Below, in pieces: positions 1-9,513 of a stretch of DNA of 33,376 nucleotides. Position numbers and translations under genes: made by a program. Positions within the stretch are counted from its first letter, which is position 1. Each line of letters opens with the position of its first letter. Location: assembly GCA_001275005.1 (NCBI GenBank), contig JWZX01002923.1:1-33376 (forward strand), written 5' to 3'. This DNA comes from Chrysochromulina tobinii. Lineage: Eukaryota. The notes under the pieces were generated by a model. That model was not told where the DNA came from and searched no databases. It saw nothing but the letters and a program-made list of their open reading frames with translations.

Positions 1-159
1 AGCCTGGTCTAGCTTTAGCAGGGACCGGGATGTCGCGCTCACCAGGCTGCCTTTGTGTAGTTTGATGAACCTGCAATCACCAACCTACCCTTCCAAGTTT
101 ACTCTGTCAGACAAAAAGCAACTCGGCTTCTGCGCTTGCGCGCGCGCGCGTGAGCAGCC

Positions 160-1041
160 ATGTCAATGATGCAGAACGTCAAGTGCGTAATCGTTGGCGA
201 CGGTGCTGTCGGCAAAACGTGCCTCCTCATCTCCTACACAACAAATGCATTCCCTGAGGTGAGCTCACGTAGCAGCCCACATTCGAACCCCACCTTGCTC
301 GCTGGCCAACCAAGAGCAAGTCGCCCCTCCGCTGCGTCCGGCGTGCCGCAGGACTACGTGCCTACCGTTTTTGACAACTATTCCGCCAACGTCATGGTTG
401 ACTCGAAGCCGATCAACCTCGGCCTATGGGACACGTATGCCGCTGCCTGCGCTGACGCGATCTCTGTTTCCAGTATCGCCGCCGCCACCGCCGCCGCCAC
501 CGCCGTCGCCGCCGCCGCCGCCGCCGCTGAGCATGCGCGCGCCATGCCCTTCCTTCCTTTCTTCGCTGCCCGCCCGACGGCTCAGCTCGATCCTCGCGTG
601 ATCCGCTCTTGGCTCCGCAGTGCTGGCCAGGAGGACTACGACCGGCTGCGGCCGCTCTCCTACCCTCAGACAGACGTCTTCCTCGTCGCCTTCTCGCTCA
701 TCTCGCGCGCCTCCTTTGACAACGTCAAGGCCAAGTGGTACCCAGAACTCAAGCATCACTGCCCGGGCGTGCCCATTATTTTAGTAGGCACCAAGCTCGA
801 CCTACGCAGCGACCCAGCCACGGTGCAGAAGCTACGCGAGAAGTCGCCGCCCTCGACGCCCATTACATTCGAGGAGGGTCTGGACATGCAGAAAGCCATC
901 TTCGCCACCAAGTACTTCGAGTGCTCCGCGCTGACACAAAAGGGCCTCAAGAATGTCTTCGACGAGGCCATTCGCATCGTTCTGTGCCCACAGATTGTCC
1001 CGAGGGGCGGTAAGAAGGGACTGAAGTGCACCATCCTGTGA
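160..1041 (+). CDS. RAC1: Rac/Rho-family small GTPase; exons 160-258, 352-434, 621-1041 (200 aa spliced)
   Basis: Motifs GDGAVGKT (G1), YVPTVFDNY (switch I), [22 protein letters not shown] (G3), GTKLD (G4), ECSAL (G5), basic tail and CAAX CTIL. Removing two GT-AG introns restores the canonical Rac sequence. Confidence 0.95.
   Translation: MSMMQNVKCVIVGDGAVGKTCLLISYTTNAFPEVSSRSSPHSNPTLLAGQPRASRPSAASGVPQDYVPTVFDNYSANVMVDSKPINLGLWDTYAAACADAISVSSIAAATAAATAVAAAAAAAEHARAMPFLPFFAARPTAQLDPRVIRSWLRSAGQEDYDRLRPLSYPQTDVFLVAFSLISRASFDNVKAKWYPELKHHCPGVPIILVGTKLDLRSDPATVQKLREKSPPSTPITFEEGLDMQKAIFATKYFECSALTQKGLKNVFDEAIRIVLCPQIVPRGGKKGLKCTIL
259..351 (+). other. Spliceosomal intron 1 of Rac (93 nt)
   Basis: GAG|GTGAGC ... 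GCCGCAG|GAC; removal joins FPE to DYVPT. Confidence 0.9.
435..620 (+). other. Spliceosomal intron 2 of Rac (186 nt), contains a (GCC)n tract at ~477-526
   Basis: AC|GTATGC ... CTCCGCAG|T; removal restores WDTAGQ. Confidence 0.9.
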
Positions 1042-1412
1042 GCTGCAGCGCGGGGATGCTGGCCACACGAGCCCCCCGGGCACAAAGAGAAAGACTCTGA
1101 AGAAAAAGGTGGGTGCAGTGGCGAGGGGCGCACGCTGGGAATTCCACGGAGCGTGCGAGTAGTGTTGGCATGTCCATGTTGCGTCCTACTCGCCCCGCGG
1201 TGTGTTGAGAAGGGCCGGTGATTGATGGTTTGATGCTGTGCGGGGGGGGTGTCGTGTGGTCGTGCATGTCCATGCTGCAAAGTAACTGAAAAGTATGCAA
1301 CCCATCGTTACCAAAACCGCGATCGTGAAGATTTGCCCTCACGGTCAAGTTTCAAGTTTGTTCACAGCTTCACTGTCTTTTCGGGCCCGCTGCTCACCAC
1401 ACCTTCTCCTTC

Positions 1413-2440
1413 ATGACTTTGATGGAGCAGGCGTGCTACATGTGTGTGGTGTGCGTCGACCGATGCTTCTCGGTCGCGCTACGCGTCCTCGGGCCAGTGC
1501 TCGTGTGCGTTGCGAACGGCCTCGTGGGACTCGTTGTGTACATGTATCTCGGCGTGCTCATGCCAGAGTACATGCTGCCGATGCTTGGCATGTGTCCGAC
1601 GGTCGTGATCGTGTGCTTCGGACTGTTCTTGCTCTTCAACATCCTCTTCAACTACTGGAGCTGCGTGCTCACGCGGCCAGGTTGGCCAGGCCACTACCTG
1701 CCATCCACGGACGACCTTGAGGAGGGCGTCGACTTTCAGGACTATGGCGAAGGCTGGCGGGCATGCAAACGGTGCAAGACGGGCAAGCCGCCGCGTACGC
1801 ACCACTGCTCCGTTTGCCGGCGCTGCGTCATGAAGATGGACCACCACTGCCCATGGGTCAATAACTGCGTCGGGTTCTACAACTACAGATACTTCTGCCT
1901 CTTCATCGTATACACGGCCGTAGGATGTGCTTACACCGCACTCACATGCCTGCTGCCGCTCGTCGCCTCGCGTGGGCGCATGCCTGCACACCACCAGACG
2001 CTCGTCTTTGTCTTTGTGCTCACGCTCAGCATACTTTTCGCGCTTACGCTCTTCATGCTGTGGCACGGTTACCTAGTAGCAACCAACCAGACCACCATCG
2101 AGTTCTATTCGAATCGGATGGATGCCGCCGACGCGAAGAAGCGGTGCGCAATAGCGACGTCCTCCTGTTCTGCATGCTGACCTGCGTTTGAAGGATCGCC
2201 GTTCTCTCACTCCGTGCCTCACTCCATGCCGCGTTGATTCCCCTTCGCGTGCGCAGTGGCCAGCAATGGATCAACCCCTACTCCGTCGGCATGCGCCCGA
2301 ACTTCGAGCAGGTATTCGGCATGTCCCGCAATGTGCTCACCTGGCTTTTGCCGAGTTGGCGACCACCACCGGGCGATGGAATGGACTTCCCACTCAATCC
2401 GAGCGGTCAATGGGCTACGGGCGAGATGCGGGCTGTATGA
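1413..2440 (+). CDS. DHHC palmitoyltransferase (ZDHHC16-like); exons 1413-2143, 2257-2440 (304 aa)
   Basis: CKRCKTGKPPRTHHCSVCRRCVMKMDHHCPWVNNCVG, four hydrophobic TM segments and the TTIE motif. After intron 2144-2256 (GTGCGC...GCGCAG) comes the NPYSVG...NFEQVFG...WLLP tail typical of DHHC enzymes. Confidence 0.93.
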
Positions 2441-3018
2441 TGAAAAATGACGATGCCTGCATGGCATTTCATCACGTGGCCCTCACGTGGCGGCTGGACC
2501 GAGACACAGGCTAGAGCTGCGGGAGTGCTGGGACTCACCATGTCCCCTCCCGGGCTCGGTCGGGAGTGCGACACGCGTCACGCGAGAGAGCGCGGGTGTG
2601 GTTTTCGTCGAGGCGACGCGAACGCGCACCAGCGAGGCGTCGCGGACGCGGTTGGACGCGGATCGCGGTAGTTTTGTACCGTGTTGTCCGATCGACGTAA
2701 GCGTGTAACTCGGTCACATGCAGCTCCACACTAATCTTAACTTAGGCTAGTATGTCGATCCTCCGGCGTATCATCCTTGGCGCGGCGGGTTCGATAGATA
2801 TGCACTTGGCCGCGGCCGCGCCGGGGACATGTGGGTCCGGTGGACACACAGTAGGACGGGGGAGGCGTCCGCCGGCGGCGGCGCGCCGGCCACCGCCGCG
2901 CCGTTACTTAGGCCGTTACAAGTAGTTATAGGCTCGGAGTGCTGGGGTGCATGCGCGCGCACTGATCCTCATGCGATCATGCCGCAGTGTTGTAACAAAG
3001 TGGGAGCGAAGATGGCCA

Positions 3019-5064
3019 TCACGCCTCTACCGAGGCGTCCGCCGCCTCAACCGCCTCTTCAACAGGCGTGAGCACTGGCGCTGGAGCGGACGGCGCCCGT
3101 GGGGACGATTCGGGTGAATCGATGCGCACCCCGGTCTCATCGATGGCGTTGATGCGCGAGCTGATCTGAGGACTAACCTGCAGGAGGGCGGCCGCCGCTG
3201 TCGCGGCCTCCGGCGCCAGTTCCAATGTCGAGGCTTCGATGGATGACCTTATCCGGGAAGAGTTGGACAGCGTGGCGGCGGACGGCGCGTCGTAGCGGCG
3301 CGTGCGCTGGCTGAGTGCCGCGCGCTGGCTCGATGCCGAGCGCTGGCTGGATGCCGATCGCTGACTGGGCGGCGGCAGCTTGAGCAGCCCCACTACTTGT
3401 TCATTGGAGGACTCGCCGTTGTAGAGCCATGAGTCCTGCGGCAGCTTGAGAGGCGGAGGCGTGCGCGGCCGCGAGCGCGGTGCTGAGGGCTCACCCGCCT
3501 CGAAGCGTGAGCGCACGTAGGTGACGAGACCTTCGGTCGCGATCGCCACGGGATTCGGGTGGGCAAACTGCGAGCGTGATGGTGAATCACCATTCTTGGG
3601 CGAGTTCCACTTCTTAGCAGCGGTGAGCGTGAGCGACGGCGAGCGTGACGGCGAGCCTGAGGGCGATCTTCCGCGTTTGGCGCGCGGCTCGCCGAAGCGC
3701 TCGTACGCGAAGCCATGATGCTCGCCGATGGACCATGCATAGAGCGAGCACAGCAGGCAGCAGACGTCGAAGGCCGCCGAGTAGACCGCCCACGAAGCGA
3801 GGAACGAAGCGGTTCGCGCCTCCTTGACGGTTGCGCCGAGCATGCGCTTCGTGTCGAATGCCTGCTTGCCAGCCCGCTTCGCTGGCTCGCGCAGCTCGAG
3901 GTAACGAGCGTACACCACGATGCAGAGGAGCAGCAGCGCACCCCAAGCATACAGCTGGTACACAGGTGCAGTGGCTACGTACGTTACGAGCGGTGCGAAG
4001 AAGTCACCGAGCGGGTCTGGTGGCGGCGGGTGGGGTGGCGGTGAGGGTGGCGCGGGTGGCGCGGGTGGTGAGGGCGGTGAGGGCGGCGAGGGCGGCGGCG
4101 ATGGTGGCTCGGGTGGCGAGGGCGGCAATGGTGGCGACGAGGGCGAGGGCGAGGGTGGCGGCTTCGGAGGCGGAAGTGGTGACGGTGGTGGTGGCGGAGG
4201 CGGTCGTGGCGGTGGCGGCGGAGTCGGCGGTGGCAACGGTGGCGGTGTAGAAGGCGGAGGCGGCGTCGGCAGCGGCGAGGGCGGCGGCGGGAAGGGCGGC
4301 GGCGGGCGGGAGGGCGAGGGCGGCGGCAGGGAGGGTGGCGACGGAGGCGGCGGTTCGGGTGACGGTGGAGGGGGGGGCAAGGGCGGCGTAGGAGAGGGTG
4401 GCGGCGGTGGCAGCGGCGAGGGTGGCGGCGGAGAGGGTGGCGGCGGTGGAAGTGGCGAGGGTGGCGGCGGAGAGGGTGGCGGCGGTGGCAGTGGCGAGGG
4501 TGGCGACGGAGAGGGTGGCGGCGGTGAGGGAGGCACTGGCGCGGCGCCCGGTGGGTAGGGAGGCATCGCTGGTGACGGCATTGGCACCGGCACGGTATCG
4601 GAGACCAAGAGAACCAGGGCGAGCGCCAAAAGGACAGCGGTCACGCAGCACCAGCTCTTGAATGGCCTTGTACCTTCCGCAACTGCCTCCGCCGACTGAA
4701 GTGCATCTTGTAGATTGGCTGCACGCTGCTGCTCCGCATCGAGTTTCCGCTGCAGCGCCAAAAGCTCTACGCGCATTCGGTCCGCCTCCTCTGCTGCGTG
4801 AACCTGCTCCTCTGCGCGCGCGCGCTGCTCATCAACCTCATCCTGCTTGAAGGCAAGAGCCAACTCAGCTGCAGCCCTGGCGTGGAGCTCCGCTTCCAGC
4901 TTTGCCTGAAGCTCGTCAAGCTGTGCATCGACTTCTTCCTGGCGTAGCCAGCCCATCGACTCGAGGTCTTGCACGGAGGGAGAGAGAGGGCTCCCTGGTG
5001 TTGGCGGAGGCAGCGGCGCCGCGGACGGGAGCGTGCCGCGCGATGGAGAGGACTTGCGTGGCAT
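3019..5064 (-). CDS. Uncharacterised membrane protein: coiled coil, TM, extensin-like Ser-Pro(n) rod, further TMs, Ser/Arg-rich tail (~681 aa)
   Basis: Long ORF with first ATG at 5064 (MPRKSS). It has an E/A/Q-rich heptad region, hydrophobic segments VTAVLLALALVLLV and LYAWGALLLLCIVVY, and about 190 aa of polyproline. Confidence 0.75.
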   Translation of the reverse strand: MPRKSSPSRGTLPSAAPLPPPTPGSPLSPSVQDLESMGWLRQEEVDAQLDELQAKLEAELHARAAAELALAFKQDEVDEQRARAEEQVHAAEEADRMRVELLALQRKLDAEQQRAANLQDALQSAEAVAEGTRPFKSWCCVTAVLLALALVLLVSDTVPVPMPSPAMPPYPPGAAPVPPSPPPPSPSPPSPLPPPPPSPPPPSPLPPPPPSPPPPSPLPPPPPSPTPPLPPPPPSPEPPPPSPPSLPPPSPSRPPPPFPPPPSPLPTPPPPSTPPPLPPPTPPPPPRPPPPPPPSPLPPPKPPPSPSPSSPPLPPSPPEPPSPPPSPPSPPSPPAPPAPPSPPPHPPPPDPLGDFFAPLVTYVATAPVYQLYAWGALLLLCIVVYARYLELREPAKRAGKQAFDTKRMLGATVKEARTASFLASWAVYSAAFDVCCLLCSLYAWSIGEHHGFAYERFGEPRAKRGRSPSGSPSRSPSLTLTAAKKWNSPKNGDSPSRSQFAHPNPVAIATEGLVTYVRSRFEAGEPSAPRSRPRTPPPLKLPQDSWLYNGESSNEQVVGLLKLPPPSQRSASSQRSASSQRAALSQRTRRYDAPSAATLSNSSRIRSSIEASTLELAPEAATAAAALLQVSPQISSRINAIDETGVRIDSPESSPRAPSAPAPVLTPVEEAVEAADASVEA
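4391..4526. repeat. 39-bp coding tandem repeat (~3.4 copies) within the polyproline region
   Basis: Unit GGAGAGGGTGGCGGCGGTGGCAGCGGCGAGGGTGGCGGC, with substitutions, starts at 4391, 4430, 4469 and 4508. Confidence 0.85.
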
Positions 5065-5270
5065 TCCAAAACAATTGCGTACCAAAACGAGGCGTGCCCG
5101 AATTAGCTTCGATGCTCGATGTAACGGCCTGACCTTTAAAAGGGTTGAGTCGGACACCCGGCCATCAGCAAGGACGGCCCTCCGGGGGCGCTCAATGCAA
5201 CGCGGCGGGCAGCTCACTCACAGACGTTGTCTGTTCTCATTGCCGCATTGCCTCTTGACGCGCGCTGGGG
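5065..5270. promoter_or_regulatory. Compact divergent (bidirectional) promoter region
   Basis: 206 bp between head-to-head ATGs of the polyproline protein and DNAI2; inferred from gene layout only. Confidence 0.55.
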
Positions 5271-7086
5271 ATGGAGATCACCCTCTTTTATCAGAAGGAG
5301 CGCAAGGAGTTTGGCCGACCGGTCAATGCCTTCGCGCCGAGCGAGGTGACCGTGCTCGAGGAGTTTGAGCACGAGGATGAGCTCGTCCGGAACCACGTCG
5401 AACGCAATCCGACCATCCTCGACATCCAGGCCAAGCCGGACATGTCTCAGCAGGACGTATGCGCCTCTCCTCGCTCGCGCAGTCCATGGGCGCTGCCCAT
5501 GGATTTCGCCCAGCACAGCTGCTGCTGCCGCCGCCGCCTGAGTGCCGACCCCTCGCTCGCTCGTGCGGCAGGTGAACACCGAGAGCTTTAAGTACATTCC
5601 GCTCGGAATGTGCCACATGGAGGGTGGCTGGCCCAAGGACATTGACCCGACCGAGAAGGATCAGACTACGCGCTACAGGAAAAAGGTGGAGAAAGACGAG
5701 GAGTATATTCGGCAAGTGAAGGCGCTCGGCGATGCCGTCGAGGGTGACATCAAGATGAACTACGCGATCGACATTTACCAGGAGTACTTTAAGGGCGAGT
5801 ATGCGGACCACTCGTCGGAGCCACCGTCCGCAAAAACGCTCTCCGTCTTCAAGGACCCGGATCCCATCAAACGCACCGTCTCCAACATCTCGTGGTACCC
5901 CGACGGCGGCAGGAAGCTTGCGGTCGCCTTCTCGATCATGCAGTTCCAGGACTACCGCATGGAGCAGATGAGCTACAACTCGTACATCTGGGACGTCAAC
6001 AACCCAAACATGCCCGAGACGACGCTCGTGCCCTCGTCGCCCCTGTGCTGCCTCGAGTACAATCCGAAGGACCCTCACTTGCTCGTGGGAGGCTCCTACA
6101 ACGGTCTTATCTCGTACTTTGACGACCGCAAGGGCGAGTTACCTGTGGATACGTCGATCATCGAAAAGTCGCATCGCGACCCCGTCTACAAGATTGCGTG
6201 GCTGTCCGGCAAGACGCCCAACGAGTGCGCGTCGGCCTCAACTGACGGGCAGGTGCTGTGGTGGGACATCCGGAAGCTGGCCGAGCCGAGTGAGATGCTC
6301 CAGCTCGAGGACAAGGGCGGCGAGCCGGGGCGTCTCCTCGGCGGCTGCAGCATGGAGTACTCATCCGCGGGCAAGTTCCTCGTCGGCACCGAGCAGGGCA
6401 AGATTATTGCATGCTCGCGCAAGGGGAAGACCAACGCCGACAAGCTCGGCGCGGTCTACGAAGGCCACTGCGGCCCCGTGTACGGCCTGTGCCGCAACCC
6501 ATTCTACCCCAAGTTTTTCCTCACCTGCGGCGACTGGACTGTGCGACTGTGGAACGAGGAGCTGAAGACGCCGATCATGACGTCCCAGTACTTCAAGAAC
6601 TACGTGCAGGACGCGACTTGGTCGCCTACGCGCCCTGGTGTCTTCATCGCCACCAAGATGGACGGCACGCTAGACGTGTGGGACTACTTTTACAAGCAAA
6701 ACGACCCGACGCTCTCGCTCCAGGTCGACGGCGACGGTCTGCGCACGGTCAAGATGCAGGATGGGGGGACACTGCTTGCGACCGGCTCAGTCGACGGCTC
6801 CGTGTACATGCTCGAGCTGTGCGAGGGCCTCGCAGTCATGCAGGCGAATGAGAAGAACTCGGTGATGCAGATGCTCGAGCGCGAGTCAAAGCGCGAGAAG
6901 AACCTCGAGGCGCGCGCTAAGGAGTTGCGCGCCAAGGAGAAGCGCGCGGCTGAGCTCGCCTCCCAGGGCGACGGCGCGAACTCTGGGGAGCCGTGGGAGC
7001 AGCAGGTTGCCAAGATTGAGGAATCCTTCTGGACTGCCGTCGGCGGCAAGGACGCGGCCGGCGAGGGCGAGGCTGGCGCCGAGTGA
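5271..7086 (+). CDS. DNAI2: Axonemal outer-arm dynein intermediate chain 2 (IC2/IC69); exons 5271-5456, 5572-7086 (566 aa)
   Basis: N-terminus MEITLFYQKERKEFGR, HMEGGWPKDID, WD40 repeats (SHRDPVY, SASTDGQVLWWDIRKL, RNPFYPKFFLTCGDW, WSPTRPGVF) and a C-terminal coiled coil ERESKREKNLE. Intron 5457-5571 (GTATGC...GGCAG) joins the two ORFs in frame. Confidence 0.93.
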
Positions 7087-7548
7087 GCGCCGTCGTGAGC
7101 GTCCTCAAGCGCTCCATCGAGCTTCGTGTAGGCGTGATGCGTGCTCACGGCCATCCGTCACATCTGAGGTCTCGGGAGGCGCCGCGGCCCGCTTCCGTAC
7201 ACGCGTCCGTGCCGTTGTTTCTCCAGTCCCGTCACAGCGCGACCGTCACCGGACCTGTTGCCCCTGTGCGCTGTGGCGGGGGCGCCTCGCTGCGTGCGCG
7301 CGGTCTGGCCAGAGAGTGTGCCTTGCGTGTGCCTGTGCTCGCGCGCGCCACCGCACGTGGACTCTCTGTAGACTGTACCGCGACTCCGCGGGGCGAAAGG
7401 CGGCCCCCGTTCGTTTACGTACTAGCTTGACAATTTGCTCAAAACGACGCGTGCCTCACGCTCGGCGTGGGTGCTCCCATTCTCAATTACTCCATGTTTA
7501 TACGCACATGAAAAAGGACCGCGGGAATTTCTTAGATTCCACAGAAGA

Positions 7549-8598
7549 ATGTCGACATACCCGCAGCTTGGCTGCTATGACATGCGCGCCCACTCTGAAT
7601 CGATTCGGCTCCTGCTCGTGCACGCCAACGTGAGATACGAGGAGAAGCGCTACGAGCTGGGACCACCACCTACATATCATGAGGGAGCGTGGCTTGAGGA
7701 CAAGGCTACGCTTGGCCTTTTCCTTCCTTGCCTTCCATACTGGATCGAACCAGAGACAGGGCTGCGCCTTTCGCACGAGCAAGCGATCCTGTGGCATCTT
7801 GCCGAGACGCACGGCCTCGCAGGCGAGACCGCGGCAGAGCGGGCGATCGCACGCATGGTCCTCGAGGGCCTACGGGAATGGGAAGACTCATTTTATGAGG
7901 TCACATACTGCAATATGCCGAACTCGCCCAACGTCGAGCCGAACGTGCACGCTGTAGGCGAGGAGCAGTGCGTGCCCACCTCGCAGAGGTATGAGCTGCG
8001 CCGCGCCACATTCGTCGCGGAAAAGCTTCCGCTCGCGCTTGCGCGGTGGGCGGCCGTGCTTGAGGGCGAGGGCAGCAGCAGCGGGCCCCGTGAGTGGATC
8101 GTCGGCACGCGCACACCGTGCGTCGCCGATTTCGTGCTTGGCGAGCTCCTCGCGCAGTCGCTCATCCTGGAACCCGGCTGCCTCGATGGCTCCCAGTTTG
8201 CATCACTCCGAGCCTTCCTCAAACGGTTCGACGCACTCCCCGCCATTGCTGCGTATCGCGCCAGCCCGCAGTTTCGCGCCGAGCCGCTGCACAACCGCTA
8301 CTCACATTTTCACCGCGGCTGGGTCGACGGCTGGGCGCGTACCACGCAACCGCCCAACTTTAAACTCTCCGCCAAATTTAAGCCGAATACCATCGAGGAA
8401 GGCAGCGCAGGCTCCGTGGCGACGAGCTCGATCACGGCGGCGATAGATGACGTTGCGGACGTGCGCGTGGCACTCTTTGCCCGCCCTGCCAAGCACCGCC
8501 GTTGGCGGGACATGCTCGTGCTCATCTGCGCAGGACTCATCATCGCCGGCATAGTGGCCATCGGCCGCGCCGCCAACGAGCCGATTGATCTCGATTGA
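7549..8598 (+). CDS. Mu-class-like glutathione S-transferase with C-terminal transmembrane anchor (349 aa)
   Basis: LGCYDMR...IRLLL...YEEKRYELGPPP...WLEDKATLGLFLPCLPY...AIL.HLA..HGLAGET aligns by eye with Mu GSTs, including the Mu loop. GST C-domain ADF...FL.RFD.LP.I.AY is present, and the tail MLVLICAGLIIAGIVAIG is hydrophobic. Confidence 0.85.
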   Translation: MSTYPQLGCYDMRAHSESIRLLLVHANVRYEEKRYELGPPPTYHEGAWLEDKATLGLFLPCLPYWIEPETGLRLSHEQAILWHLAETHGLAGETAAERAIARMVLEGLREWEDSFYEVTYCNMPNSPNVEPNVHAVGEEQCVPTSQRYELRRATFVAEKLPLALARWAAVLEGEGSSSGPREWIVGTRTPCVADFVLGELLAQSLILEPGCLDGSQFASLRAFLKRFDALPAIAAYRASPQFRAEPLHNRYSHFHRGWVDGWARTTQPPNFKLSAKFKPNTIEEGSAGSVATSSITAAIDDVADVRVALFARPAKHRRWRDMLVLICAGLIIAGIVAIGRAANEPIDLD

Positions 8599-9513
8599 TC
8601 TCTAGAAACTAGCCCCGGGAGGAGAGGAGCCGAGCACCGCTGGGAGGGAGGCACTCGAGGTGCAGCCGCCGAGCCCGTGCTGCGCCTGCCTTGAGGGGCG
8701 CGAGGAACCGAGAGTAGATGGGTGGTCGGGCATGGGCAAGTCAGGTCCCGAGACGTCGCGGTTGACCAGCCCGGCCGCGGCGCGGTGTGTTCGTGTCGGC
8801 CCGAGCGCGGTGGCCGCGCGGAGTTGCGGAGACGAAACGCTCGTACGCCCGGCGTCTCCGCCGCCGCCTCGGGGCGTTACCTTTATGCGAGTTCGCGTGA
8901 GTTCGCGTGTGTTCGTGTCGGCCCGACCGCGACCGCGCCACCCGGTCCGCGGGCTTCCCGCACATCACGAACCGGCACGCGAACCGTCGCATGGCTGTTG
9001 TGCCCGCATGCGGCGCGATACGCGGTTGTACGCGCCGCCCTGGCGTGGATACGCCGGCCGCGGGGGACCACCGATGTGCCGCCGATACGATCGGAATTCG
9101 GGATCTCCCGGGCCGGCCCGCCGCCAGCGGAAGCCCGGGGGGGCGATCGACCGCGGGTCGACTAACGCGTAACGGAAACGGTCGGACCCGCCGGCGCGCG
9201 CGCGCGGGGTTACCTTTATGCCTGAGTTTAGGGGCCGTTTGTAAACCGAAGAAAAGAACAGAGAAAAAGATGGCGCCTACTCCCCGAGTGCGTCGGCCGT
9301 CGCGCACGCCGCGGCGTGCCCGGAAACCGAGCACTCGAGATACGGACACGACGTGTGCGGAGTAACTCAGTTGAGAAATCCCCGCGGCTGCGTTCCTGTG
9401 CGTTGACGCATCCGAGGGGCCGCGGAGCGCGCGCTGGGCAGCCGCGTCCTCTCTGTGCCGCTCTGGGCAGCAGTGCTCAGGCCACCGCCGACGCATGCCT
9501 CTCAAACCTCCAT

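Noticed and set aside
160..2440. Rac next to a DHHC palmitoyltransferase, and GST near GPX-like, as functional clusters
   Set aside because: Adjacency in a compact eukaryotic genome is not evidence without conserved synteny or co-expression.
2437..2475. TGATGA double stop with hairpin (TGATGAA...ATGCC-TGCAT-GGCAT-TTCATCA): possible SECIS/selenocysteine readthrough or C/D snoRNA box C
   Set aside because: There is no SECIS GA quartet partner or apical AA geometry, no box D (CTGA) at a suitable distance, and the DHHC protein is already complete.
3920..4558. Gly-rich 212-aa ORF on the + strand
   Set aside because: It is the antisense shadow of the polyproline tract in the minus-strand gene.
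7386..7426. GC hairpin followed by CTAG (Helitron 3' end-like)
   Set aside because: The hairpin is imperfect, CTAG is not followed by T, there is no matching 5' TC end or second copy, and no Rep/helicase gene is present.
9060..9150. GCGGGGGACCACC resembling part of metazoan SRP (7SL) RNA
   Set aside because: The conserved helix 8 (CAGG..GNRA..AGCAG) is not present downstream, so this is probably chance in GC-rich DNA. An Rfam scan would settle it.
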